Shown here in pieces: positions 17,552 to 26,211 of a DNA stretch of 64,000 bases; position 1 is the stretch's first letter; each line of letters opens with the position of its first letter. The notes below the pieces were generated by a model that was given only the letters and a program-made list of their open reading frames with translations, did not search any database and was not told where the DNA came from. Source of the stretch: an uncultured Desulfobacteraceae bacterium (GTDB taxonomy: Bacteria > Desulfobacterota > DSM-4660 > Desulfatiglandales > Desulfatiglandaceae); the NCBI GenBank assembly GCA_964573885.1, contig CAZNLL010000001.1, forward strand, positions 18,779 through 82,778, given 5' to 3'. A program made the translations under genes and the position numbers.

Positions 17552-18421
17552 ATGCTTTCACTGCTCATTTATGGCCTTATTCAGAGCGTGATCCTGGTGC
17601 TTTATGCCTATGGATTCAGCCTGGTGTATGGCATCAGCGGTATTGCGAACTTCGCCCACGGGGGTATTTATATCCTCGGGGGTTTCATGACCTGGTGTTT
17701 TATGAACGCCCTGGGTCTGCCCTATTTTCTCTCAGCCATTTTTTCGGTGATTCTCATGGGCCTCCTGGGATTTGGCCTTTACTGGGGCTTGCTCTTGCGT
17801 ATCCGGGGAATCGTCCTTTCCGAGGTGGTGGTCACTTTTGTGGCGGGCATAGCCATCCTGGAGATCCTGGCGTGGAAAGGACTGTACGGGTTCTACTACA
17901 ACCTTCCCGTATTTGTGAAGGGGGGCATCAGCTTGGGCGATGTGGCCATAGACTATCAGCGCCTTTTTGCCCTGGGATCGGGGATCGCCCTGGCAGGACT
18001 CTTATGGGCCTTTGTCCATCACACCAGAATGGGCCTATCCTTTCGCGGTATCGCCCAGGACGAGCGCACTGCCCTCTCCCTGGGTATTGAATCGGATTGG
18101 GTCGGTGCCCTCAGCCTGGCCATAGGGTCCTCCCTGGCGGCCGTGGCGGCCATACTGGTCCTGCCCCTGGGTGTACTGGAGGCCAACATCGGCTATGACG
18201 TCCTGATTTACGCGGTCACCGTGGCCATTGTAGGGGGACTGGAGAGCGGCTTCGGTATGATAGCGGCGAGCCTCATTATCGGCTTCGGCCAGATCGCTGT
18301 GGCCAGGTACATAGGCTCCTCATGGATGATCATCGTCCCCCTTGGGGCCATTGTCCTCATCCTCGCCATCAGGCCGTCAGGCCTGTTTGGCAGTTTTAAG
18401 GAACTCGAGGAGCGTATCTAA
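17552..18421 (+). CDS. ABC importer permease, LivH-like
   Basis: 289 aa, polytopic and hydrophobic, with a LivH-type sequence (GISGIANFAHGG..., ...AIVGG). Confidence 0.8.
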   Translation: MLSLLIYGLIQSVILVLYAYGFSLVYGISGIANFAHGGIYILGGFMTWCFMNALGLPYFLSAIFSVILMGLLGFGLYWGLLLRIRGIVLSEVVVTFVAGIAILEILAWKGLYGFYYNLPVFVKGGISLGDVAIDYQRLFALGSGIALAGLLWAFVHHTRMGLSFRGIAQDERTALSLGIESDWVGALSLAIGSSLAAVAAILVLPLGVLEANIGYDVLIYAVTVAIVGGLESGFGMIAASLIIGFGQIAVARYIGSSWMIIVPLGAIVLILAIRPSGLFGSFKELEERI

Positions 18422-19435
18422 ATGGCGGATAACGGGGGAAGCTATCGAAAAGAAAGGGTGGATCGGGGAATCAAGGCGAGGAGTGATTCTGTTTACGCCA
18501 TTGCCTCCTTTCGCGACCTCTCCTACCTTCTTCTTCCCAGGTTTTTGCCTCTGTTAGTGGCCTTTATCCTTCCCCTCATTGTAGGGGATTACTGGGGCAA
18601 GGTCCTGGTTTACGCGGCCGTATTCGGGATCTTGGCCCTGAGCTGGGATTTTCTGGCCTCCTGCGGCCTTTTCTCCCTTGGCCAGGCCCTGTTTTTCGGT
18701 ATTGGGGCTTACCTGGCCGGGGCTTTTAATTATTACCTCCACTGGCCCATTTACGCGACGATCCCCGCGGCTTCGGTGGGGGGGGCCCTCTTGTGTACGG
18801 CCCTCCTTGCACCCGTTATGAGGTTGCGGGGAGTCTATTTCGCCATGATAACCTTGGTACTCCCTATGCTCTTCTCACGCCTCATTGTGGCCACCAAGGT
18901 GATCGGCGGTTCCCACGGAATCACCAACCTCACCCCCTTGGGCAGTCGGTGGTTCACGATTTATTTCGCCCTCCTCGCCCTCTTTGTGTGCCTTTTTGTC
19001 TTCAGGAGAATTATGGCCCAGGACTATGGCCTTGTGTTGAGTGCCATTCGGGACGATGACCGTGCCGTCATGAGCGCGGCCATCAATATTTTTTGGCGAA
19101 AGGTCCAGGCCCTGTTTATCGCCTCCGGGGTGGGTTGTTTTGCCGGGGCCCTCATGTGCCATAATTACCAGTTCGTGGGTCCCAGCGCCTTTGCCCTGGA
19201 TTATTCCCTTATGCCCCTGGCCGCCACCGCCCTGGGTGGACCGGGTTCCTTTGTGGGTGCGGTGCTGGGAAGCGCGGTCCTGGTGCCGCTCTCCGAGGCC
19301 CTGAGGGCCTTTGGCGGCCTCAGGATAGCCTTCTACTGCCTTATCCTCATGGCCTGCATTATTGTCCTTCCCGAGGGGATCTTTCATTACATGGCGAGGA
19401 AATATCACCGGTTTGAGAGGATGGTGAAGGTATAG
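18422..19435 (+). CDS. ABC importer permease, LivM-like
   Basis: 337 aa and polytopic (SLGQALFFGIGAY, AIRDDDRA). The start abuts the previous stop codon. Confidence 0.8.
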   Translation: MADNGGSYRKERVDRGIKARSDSVYAIASFRDLSYLLLPRFLPLLVAFILPLIVGDYWGKVLVYAAVFGILALSWDFLASCGLFSLGQALFFGIGAYLAGAFNYYLHWPIYATIPAASVGGALLCTALLAPVMRLRGVYFAMITLVLPMLFSRLIVATKVIGGSHGITNLTPLGSRWFTIYFALLALFVCLFVFRRIMAQDYGLVLSAIRDDDRAVMSAAINIFWRKVQALFIASGVGCFAGALMCHNYQFVGPSAFALDYSLMPLAATALGGPGSFVGAVLGSAVLVPLSEALRAFGGLRIAFYCLILMACIIVLPEGIFHYMARKYHRFERMVKV

Positions 19436-19445
19436 GAAACAGGAC

Positions 19446-21020
19446 ATGGATGAGGAGATCATTCTAAAAGTAGAAGACTTGCGTAAGCATTTCGGGGGGG
19501 TTATGGCCACCTCGGATGTAAGTTTTCGGCTCCGCAGGGGCGAGTTCCTGGGGCTTATCGGACCGAACGGCTCGGGTAAGACCACCCTGGTCAACCTCAT
19601 AACCGGCTTTATTCGGCCTGACGCAGGAAGAATTATTTATAAGGGCAAGGACATCACCGGAAAGATGCCCTATACCATTGCAGGCATGGGCATCGCCCGA
19701 ACCTTTCAAATGGTGCGTCTCTTTTACAACCTTGCCGCTTACAAGAACATCATCATTCCCCTCTGTTCCCCCCGGGTCCAGGCCCGGAGGGGCGGCAAGT
19801 ACGGGGAGAGAGATGATATGGCCGTGGAGCTTCTGGATGAGTTCGGATTCGAACGCAACTCCTACGTGCCCTATAAGGCGGCAGGCAGTCTGCCCCACGG
19901 GTATTTGAAGCGGCTGGACCTGGCCCGGGCCATGGCCCTTCGTCCTGATCTCCTCTTGCTGGACGAGCTCTTCTCGGGTATGTCCATGTCAGAGGTGGCC
20001 GCCACCCTTCCCCTCCTGGAGAAGCTCAGTGAAGAAGGCCTGAGCATTATTATGGTGGAACACAGACTCAAGGAGCTCTTCCGCGTGGCCCGCCGGGTCA
20101 TTGTATTGAATTTCGGCCAAAAGATAGCTGAAGGGTCTCCCGAGGAAGTCATGAAGAGCGAGGCGGTGGCCTCGGCCTATCTTGGAAGCGAGTCGGATGT
20201 CCCGGAATCGCCTTCCGTGGAGGGGACCCCGGCCGTTTCAGGGGAAGCGGAAAAGGAGAGGCCTGAAAAACGGCCCATGTTGGAGGTGAGCAACCTTACC
20301 GTTTATTTTGAGAACGCCCTGGCCCTCAATGATGTCTCCCTGGGCGTAGAAGAGAATGAAATCGTTGGCATTCTTGGCTCCAACAGTTCCGGGAAGACCA
20401 GTCTGATGAACACCGTCTCCGGCCTGATCCTGGATATGAAGAAAAAGGAGGATCGTCGGGGTGGGGAGCGGATTTCCGTGTACGGAGAAGTCGTTTTCAA
20501 GGGCAAAAGGATTACCGGCCTGGGACCGGTTGAAAGGGTAAGGCGGGGCCTGGCCCTCTGCAGGGAAAGGCATCCGGTCTTTCGTGACAGCGATGTTATG
20601 GAGAACCTCAGGATCGCCGGAAACCGGCATAAGTCCGGTGAAGTCAAGGACTCCATAGCCCTTGTTTTTGAAATCTTTCCCCATTTAAAGTACATACGAA
20701 AGAGAAAGGGCGGGCTATTAAGCGGGGGAGAGCAACAAATGCTCGTCATTGCTATGGCCCTGGTCACGAGGCCCGAGTTGCTACTCCTGGACGAACCGCT
20801 CCTTGGTTTAAGCCCCCTTTTGCAGTCCAATGTGGCCGAGGCCATGAAGGACATCAGTCTTAGAGGCGTGACCCTTATGGTGACTGAGCAATTTGCTAGA
20901 CCCCTGCTGCCCGTCATCAACCGGGGGTATGTCCTGGAAAACGGTATCCTGGTTATGGGGGGCTCCAGGCAGGAACTTGAAGAGAACCCCGAGGTGCGGG
21001 CATCTTATCTGGGTGCGTGA
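19446..21020 (+). CDS. Fused tandem ABC ATPase (LivG-like N-terminal half plus LivF-like C-terminal half)
   Basis: 524 aa. The first half has Walker A GPNGSGKT and Walker B LLLLDE. An acidic/Pro-rich linker (about 20184-20300) follows. The second half has Walker A GSNSSGKT, signature LSGGEQQML and Walker B LLLLDEP. Confidence 0.85.
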   Translation: MDEEIILKVEDLRKHFGGVMATSDVSFRLRRGEFLGLIGPNGSGKTTLVNLITGFIRPDAGRIIYKGKDITGKMPYTIAGMGIARTFQMVRLFYNLAAYKNIIIPLCSPRVQARRGGKYGERDDMAVELLDEFGFERNSYVPYKAAGSLPHGYLKRLDLARAMALRPDLLLLDELFSGMSMSEVAATLPLLEKLSEEGLSIIMVEHRLKELFRVARRVIVLNFGQKIAEGSPEEVMKSEAVASAYLGSESDVPESPSVEGTPAVSGEAEKERPEKRPMLEVSNLTVYFENALALNDVSLGVEENEIVGILGSNSSGKTSLMNTVSGLILDMKKKEDRRGGERISVYGEVVFKGKRITGLGPVERVRRGLALCRERHPVFRDSDVMENLRIAGNRHKSGEVKDSIALVFEIFPHLKYIRKRKGGLLSGGEQQMLVIAMALVTRPELLLLDEPLLGLSPLLQSNVAEAMKDISLRGVTLMVTEQFARPLLPVINRGYVLENGILVMGGSRQELEENPEVRASYLGA

Positions 21021-21041
21021 GCGAGAAAAGGAGAAAGGGCC

Positions 21042-22697
21042 TTGAGTGAAAAGGAGATGGCCTTTGACACAATCTACGGGCGTTTCGAAGAGGTGGCCGG
21101 GAAATTCCCCCGCAGGACGGCTGTCATCTGCCTGGGCGAGCGTTACAGTTACACCCAACTCAAAGAGATGATCCTCAAATTCGCCGCCTCCTTGCTCGAT
21201 CTGGGTGCGGGGGAGGGGGATAGGATCCTTTTGTATCTCCACAACCTCCCCCAGAGCGTGATCGCCTATCTTGCCCTTCACCGGATTCATGCCATACCCG
21301 TACCTGTGGCCCCCGTATATACGGCCTACGACCTCAAGTATTTCGCCAATGACCTGGGGGCGAAGACCATCATTTGCATGGACAGTAACCTCAGTTATGT
21401 GGATGAAGTGTTTCCTGAGACCCCCTTGGAGAGGGTGATCGTCACCAACATCACTGACCTTGTTCCCTGGTGGAAAAGGCTCGTTGCCAGGGGTTTTGAC
21501 CGGGTTCCGAGAGGGAAAGTCCCCTCCGGAGAGGAGTTTTTCTTCTTCAGAAAGCTCATAAGCGGGGGACGGCCGGATTCGTTGCCTCCCTTTCGCGCCC
21601 CGGGGGGGGACAAAACGGCCCTTGTCCTCTATACCGGGGGGACCACAGGGGAGCCCAAGGGAGTGCCTCTGAGTGTTGGACTCTTTTTATCACGCATTGA
21701 GGAATGGAGACGACTGAGCACGCCCCTTGTCGGCCCCGGGGAGATGGTGACCGCCCTGGCCGCCCCTTTCTATCACATCATCGGACAGATGGACGGCCTC
21801 ACCCCCCTGTTGACGGACGGAGGCACCCTGTTGTTGTTTCCCCGGGTCCATTTGGACGCCATGATGGACCATATACAGCGCTACGGGGTGACCAATATCT
21901 TTGCCGTCCCCGCCATGTACCGGATGATCCTGGAGCACGACCGGGTGGACCAATACGATTTGAGTTCCCTTAAGTATTGTGGATGCGGAGGGGATGTCCT
22001 GCCCTTGGAGGTGGCCAGGCGGTGGGAGCAAAGGTTTAAAATCCCCCTTTACCAGGGGTACGGTGCTACAGAGACCTGCGGCACGGTGACGGCCACCTAT
22101 GTGGCGGATGGTAAGGCCCCGGACGGGAGTATCGGGAAGGTGGTGCCGGGGAATAAAATAAGACTGGCGGATCCGGACACACTGGAGCCGGTCTCTGCGG
22201 ACCGGGGGGGTGACCTTTTGTGTACCACGGAGCACGGGACCAAGGCCTATTGGAATAAGCCTGGAGAGACCGCCGAGGCCTTCATTGAGATGGAGGGAGA
22301 GGTCTGGTATCGCACAAAGGATATTGTGCGTATGGATGAAGAGGGCTGGTGTTTTTTTGTGGACCGAACCGCCGACGTGATCAAGCACAAGGGATATCGC
22401 ATCGCCGCTGCTGAAGTGGAAAAAGTGCTGCAAGAGCATCCTGCGGTGATAGCCTCCTGCGTTGTGGGGGTCCCGCACGAAAAGTTCGGAGAATGGATCA
22501 AGGCCTTTGTGGTGGTCAAAGAGGACGTGAAAGGCGTGAACGCCCACATCCTGAAACGGTGGTGCGGGGATAGACTGGCCCCTTACAAGATTCCCCAGTA
22601 TATCGAATTTCGTGACATGTTGCCCAAATCCAAGGTGGGAAAGATGCTGAGACGGGAGATGAGAAAGGAAGAGTTAAAAAAGCGGGAAGGCGGGTAA
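21042..22697 (+). CDS. AMP-dependent acyl-CoA synthetase/ligase (candidate alicyclic or aromatic acid-CoA ligase)
   Basis: 551 aa with LYTGGTTGEPKGV (AMP-binding motif I), YGATET, and WYRTKD...D..GW..FVDR..D.IK..G. A TTG start sits 6-7 nt after AAAGGAGAAAGGG. Confidence 0.8.
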   Translation: MSEKEMAFDTIYGRFEEVAGKFPRRTAVICLGERYSYTQLKEMILKFAASLLDLGAGEGDRILLYLHNLPQSVIAYLALHRIHAIPVPVAPVYTAYDLKYFANDLGAKTIICMDSNLSYVDEVFPETPLERVIVTNITDLVPWWKRLVARGFDRVPRGKVPSGEEFFFFRKLISGGRPDSLPPFRAPGGDKTALVLYTGGTTGEPKGVPLSVGLFLSRIEEWRRLSTPLVGPGEMVTALAAPFYHIIGQMDGLTPLLTDGGTLLLFPRVHLDAMMDHIQRYGVTNIFAVPAMYRMILEHDRVDQYDLSSLKYCGCGGDVLPLEVARRWEQRFKIPLYQGYGATETCGTVTATYVADGKAPDGSIGKVVPGNKIRLADPDTLEPVSADRGGDLLCTTEHGTKAYWNKPGETAEAFIEMEGEVWYRTKDIVRMDEEGWCFFVDRTADVIKHKGYRIAAAEVEKVLQEHPAVIASCVVGVPHEKFGEWIKAFVVVKEDVKGVNAHILKRWCGDRLAPYKIPQYIEFRDMLPKSKVGKMLRREMRKEELKKREGG

Positions 22698-22710
22698 GAG
22701 CGCCACCATT

Positions 22711-22908
22711 ATGGCCATGACCAAGTGTCTTCTCCTGGAGGTAAGGCGGGATGATTTCCTCGAAATGGTTAAACGGTCCCCCCGCCTGGGTGTCAAGATC
22801 CTCATGAAACGCTCTGAACTTCTGGTTTCTCGGTTGCGTCAGGCCGTCAGGATATATAATCCGCTTGACAACGACCCTGTCCATCGCCTTAAGCAAGTAA
22901 CAAGATGA
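22711..22908 (+). pseudogene. 65-aa ORF resembling only the C-terminal end of a cyclic-nucleotide-binding (Crp/Fnr-type) domain. It is a likely gene remnant or an orphan micro-domain
   Basis: CLLLEVRRDDFLEMVKRSPRLGVKILMKRSELLVSRLRQA resembles the last beta strands plus the C-helix of cNMP-binding domains. It has no beta-roll, no HTH and no clear RBS. Confidence 0.35.
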
Positions 22909-23687
22909 GAAAGACGCTCCTTTTGACAACCCCCTTTCTTTTGTGCCTTTTTGCCTGTGCGCCGGACACGGTTCGTGTGCACAAGCCCCCTCCTTCTGAG
23001 AAACTCATGGTCATGCCGGAGCCGATAGAGGGCGTTCCTCTCAGGTCTTATGACATTAACGGGGCCCGGTATTACCCCCTGCCCGAATCGTGGGGGTTTG
23101 TCCAAGAGGGAAGGGCGTCATGGTATGGGGAGCCTTTCCATGGCAGGCCTACTTCAAGCGGCGAAATCTATAATATGAATGCCAAAACCGCCGCCCATAA
23201 GACCCTTCCCCTGGGGACCTATGTGGAGGTGGTCAACCAGACCAATAACCGATGTACGGTGGTACGGATTAACGACCGGGGCCCTTTTGTGAAAGGGAGG
23301 ATTATCGACCTCTCTTATAAGGCGGGAAAAGAAATAGGCCTGATCGGACCGGGTGTGGCTGAGGTTACAATAACGGCTCTGGGCAAAGAGGTGGGGAGAT
23401 TTCAGTCCACCCGGGGACCCAGACCCGTGGTGGAAGTGAAGGACCTGAAAGCGGGTCAGTTTACCGTCCAGGTGGGGGCCTTCACCAACAAGGGAAATGC
23501 CCTCAGACTCACGGACCGGCTCAAAGTGATCTTTGACTACGTGGAGATTACCCCCCATGAAGACCCAAAAAAGGGGGAAATTTACAGGGTCCGTGTGACA
23601 AGATCAAAGACCCTCACTGAAGCGGCGCAGACCGAGAAAAAGCTGGAAGGCATGGGCTTTGAGGAGGCCTTTATCGTGAGCCTTTAG
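22905..23687 (+). CDS. rlpA: Septal ring lytic transglycosylase RlpA (DPBB domain plus C-terminal SPOR domain), a lipoprotein
   Basis: Lipobox LFAC. ASWYGEPFHGRPTSSGEIYNMNAKTAAHKTLPLGTYVEVVN...RINDRGPFVKGRIIDLS. SPOR-like FTVQVGAF.NKGNA. Confidence 0.9.
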   Translation: MRKTLLLTTPFLLCLFACAPDTVRVHKPPPSEKLMVMPEPIEGVPLRSYDINGARYYPLPESWGFVQEGRASWYGEPFHGRPTSSGEIYNMNAKTAAHKTLPLGTYVEVVNQTNNRCTVVRINDRGPFVKGRIIDLSYKAGKEIGLIGPGVAEVTITALGKEVGRFQSTRGPRPVVEVKDLKAGQFTVQVGAFTNKGNALRLTDRLKVIFDYVEITPHEDPKKGEIYRVRVTRSKTLTEAAQTEKKLEGMGFEEAFIVSL

Positions 23688-23970
23688 ACGTTTGGTTTAT
23701 CTTATTTCGGAGCACCCCGGAGGTCTTAAAGACCACCACCCGTCTTTCCCTCAACTGGAGGTCCTCAGTGGTTTGGGGGTTCCTGCCTCTCCTCGCTGAT
23801 TTTTCTTTGACCACGAATTTGCCAAAACCACTGATGAGGAGGTCTTCTCCGTTTTCCAGGGTATTCTTGATGATCTCCAGGAGACTCTCGACCGCACTCC
23901 GAGACTGGCTTTTACTGAGTCCGACTTGGTGATAGATGCTATTGATAATTTTTTCTTTGGTCAAGGCCAC
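23671..23970 (-). CDS. ihfA: Integration host factor alpha-like / HU-family DNA-binding protein
   Basis: LTKEKII....GLSKSQS...VESLLEII...L..GE.L.ISGFGKF.VKEK.AR.GRNPQT.E.L.L..RRVV.FK. I prefer the GTG start at 23970, which is preceded by GGAGG, over the ORF-track ATG at 24024. Confidence 0.8.
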   Translation of the reverse strand: MALTKEKIINSIYHQVGLSKSQSRSAVESLLEIIKNTLENGEDLLISGFGKFVVKEKSARRGRNPQTTEDLQLRERRVVVFKTSGVLRNKINQTSKGSR

Positions 23971-24063
23971 CTTCCACCCTCCTCGTCTTAAAAGCTTAAG
24001 GGGCACGGATTGATAAACTTCCAAATTCTTGAATAAGAAATATGGCTTATGCCGAAAGTGGTG

Positions 24064-24561
24064 TCAAGCATTTTTTGTTTGTGAGAACTTTTCTTTCAAT
24101 TGCCGGGCCACTACATCAGGCACCAGACCACTGATGTCCCCCCCGAAGCTGGCTGCTTCCTTGATGATGGTGGAACTGATATAGAACCACTTGTAGTCGG
24201 TCATCAAGAAGATGGACTGGACATGTCGATTCAGTTTCCGATTCATAAGGGCCATCTGGAACTCGTATTCAAAGTCTGACAGGGCCCGGAGCCCCCTGAG
24301 AACCACCTTTGAGTGCTTTTTCACGGCGTAATCCACCAACATGCCGTCGAAGGTGTCTACCTCAATATTGGGCTTGTTTTTAACCGCCTCTTTGATCATG
24401 TAAATCCTCTCTTCAACGGTAAAGAGGGGATTCTTTTGAGGGTTTTTGAGGACAGCGATAATGAGGGTGTCGAATATCTCAAGGGCTCGGTTGACAATGC
24501 TCAAGTGTCCGTTGGTGATGGGATCAAAGAAACCAGGATAAATCGCTGTTTTTTCGCTCAT
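24064..24561 (-). CDS. coaD: Phosphopantetheine adenylyltransferase
   Basis: 165 aa with IYPGFFDPITNGHL and the typical CoaD length. ATGA overlap with the rsmD stop. Confidence 0.92.
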   Translation of the reverse strand: MSEKTAIYPGFFDPITNGHLSIVNRALEIFDTLIIAVLKNPQKNPLFTVEERIYMIKEAVKNKPNIEVDTFDGMLVDYAVKKHSKVVLRGLRALSDFEYEFQMALMNRKLNRHVQSIFLMTDYKWFYISSTIIKEAASFGGDISGLVPDVVARQLKEKFSQTKNA

Positions 24562-25121
24562 TTTTTAACCTCATGCCTGTAGATGCTGATTCTCGTGTCA
24601 CCGTATAACCGGGTGTCCACTCTCCGGAGCTCGCCCACAAGACAGGGCGCCCTCTCTGCCTTTGCCGTTTCCGCGATCACATAGGACCCTGAGGACAGTA
24701 CATCCATGGCCGTAAGCCTTGTGAGGGATGAGGGGATCAGGTTTTGGCCGTAAGGGGGATCCAGAAAGGCCAGATCAAAGCATCCCTTGACCATGGGATG
24801 GTCTCGGGGCATGCCCTTCCTCAGATTCCACCTTAAAAGGCCGGCCCGATTCTCATATCCGCATAAGGCCAGGTTCCTCTTTATCAAATGGATCGACTTC
24901 GGGGAGCGGTCCACAAAAAGGACCCACACAGCCCCCCTGCTGAGGGAGTCCAGACCCAAGCTGCCTGTCCCCGCAAAAAGGTCAAGCACCCTTAATCCGG
25001 TCAGATCCTGGCCGATAAGGTTGAATATCGCCGACCTTACCCGGTCGGAGGTGGGCCGGATGTTTGAGCCTTTGGGCGATATGAGGAGGCGGCCCGTGGC
25101 CCGCCCGCCCGTAATCCTCAT
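24558..25121 (-). CDS. rsmD: 16S rRNA (guanine966-N2)-methyltransferase
   Basis: 187 aa with MRITGG...RPTSDRVR.AIFN, DLFAGTGSLGLDSLSRGA and DPPY. Confidence 0.9.
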   Translation of the reverse strand: MRITGGRATGRLLISPKGSNIRPTSDRVRSAIFNLIGQDLTGLRVLDLFAGTGSLGLDSLSRGAVWVLFVDRSPKSIHLIKRNLALCGYENRAGLLRWNLRKGMPRDHPMVKGCFDLAFLDPPYGQNLIPSSLTRLTAMDVLSSGSYVIAETAKAERAPCLVGELRRVDTRLYGDTRISIYRHEVKK

Positions 25122-25345
25122 GGAGCTATCTCCAGATCCGTAAAGCCCCTCTTCCCTCGGGAGGATGTCTTTGCCCCATCATATGATCCACGCGGCCCTT
25201 CATATGTCCTGATCGGTTTCAAGGTCCGCTACGCTCCCCCCATGGCTCCTTGCCTCAACCCTTCTTTTTCTCGATGTAAAAAGGTTGGGAAGGACATAAA
25301 TGCCTTTTTTTCCTGTGCTCCGAGGGCTTTTTCGTGAATGTGTGT

Positions 25346-26059
25346 TCACGGTAGAATTCCGATGACCGTTTCTCCGGCCTTGACCTTTTGGTTGAGGGTC
25401 ACGGCAACACGGCTTTCAACGGGAAGGCATACCTCCAGCCTGGAGCCGAAACGAATGAGTCCGAAGCGCTGGCCTGAAACCACTTCATCCCCTTCTTTGA
25501 TCCAGCACGAGATGCGTCTGGCGATGAGCCCTGCAATTTGGATAAATACGATCTTGCAGGCATCCAAGGTCTGAAGGGTGATTCGATTGCTCTCGTTATA
25601 TTTTGAGGCCTTATCCAGATTGGCGGAGAAAAATTTGCCCGGGTGATAAGTCACCTGTTGAATCGTGCCCCCCACGGGAATTCGGTTTACATGGACATCA
25701 AAGAGGGACATAAAAATGCTGATTCTCACCGCGGGTTCACCGGAAGGGCTGTCCCTTTGCGTAAGACGCCGGATTTCAACAACCTTGCCGTCTGCCGGGG
25801 TGAGCACCGCCTTGCGATCGGCCTCATTTTCCCGGTGGGGATCCCTGAAAAAGTAGATGATAAAAAGACTGAGCACAGCCAGAAACACAGATACGGGAAG
25901 GAGAGGGAAGTATAAGGAAAGGAAGGTCAAGCCGCAGCTTATGAGTATAAACGGGATGCCTTCCTTGGCGATAGGCCACTTGTTGTGAACGTGTGACGGG
26001 TTCAATGATCTTTGGGGGGTCTCTGTTCTTCGGTGTATGTCCCGGCTCTTTGAGGCCAA
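25346..26059 (-). CDS. psd: Phosphatidylserine decarboxylase proenzyme (short, Asd-type)
   Basis: PIAKEGIPFI, hydrophobic N-terminal helices, and a FGSR self-cleavage-type motif near the C-terminus (GLIRFGSRLEV). The start is uncertain (TTG at 26059 without an obvious RBS). Confidence 0.8.
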   Translation of the reverse strand: MASKSRDIHRRTETPQRSLNPSHVHNKWPIAKEGIPFILISCGLTFLSLYFPLLPVSVFLAVLSLFIIYFFRDPHRENEADRKAVLTPADGKVVEIRRLTQRDSPSGEPAVRISIFMSLFDVHVNRIPVGGTIQQVTYHPGKFFSANLDKASKYNESNRITLQTLDACKIVFIQIAGLIARRISCWIKEGDEVVSGQRFGLIRFGSRLEVCLPVESRVAVTLNQKVKAGETVIGILP

Positions 26060-26112
26060 GGTCAGATCTTAGCTTGTCCATGCTCGAAAGGCGTGCCTTT
26101 CAGGCAGATGCT

Positions 26113-26140
26113 ATTATAGGAATTGGTTCCTCTTTGTCAA
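26113..26140 (-). promoter_or_regulatory. Near-consensus sigma70 promoter upstream of psd
   Basis: The minus strand reads TTGACA (26140-26135), a 16-nt spacer, then TATAAT (26118-26113). Confidence 0.6.
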
Positions 26141-26211
26141 TGGCCTAATCTCCCGGGCCTTTGCCCGTTAATAGGACGCTGCGGTAAGCCATCCCGTTCC
26201 GGCCCGGGCCA

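Noticed and set aside
23671-23687. Convergent overlaps of gene ends: rlpA/ihfA by 17 nt, and ahbA/B-like with the small membrane protein at 57278-57281
   Set aside because: These are real in the sequence, but such overlaps are common in compact genomes. On their own they give no evidence of antisense regulation.
25122-25345. A 224-nt gap between psd and rsmD, and a 152-nt gap at 26060-26211, examined for tRNA or small-RNA genes
   Set aside because: I could trace no cloverleaf-like arms, conserved tRNA boxes or strong hairpins by eye. These are most simply promoter and spacer regions.
25824-26081. An alternative 85-aa ORF starting at the ATG at 26081, just downstream of the strong psd promoter
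   Set aside because: It lies out of frame over the N-terminal part of psd, and its product has no features. The psd frame carries the conserved PIAKEG...FGSR motifs. The psd start codon remains uncertain.
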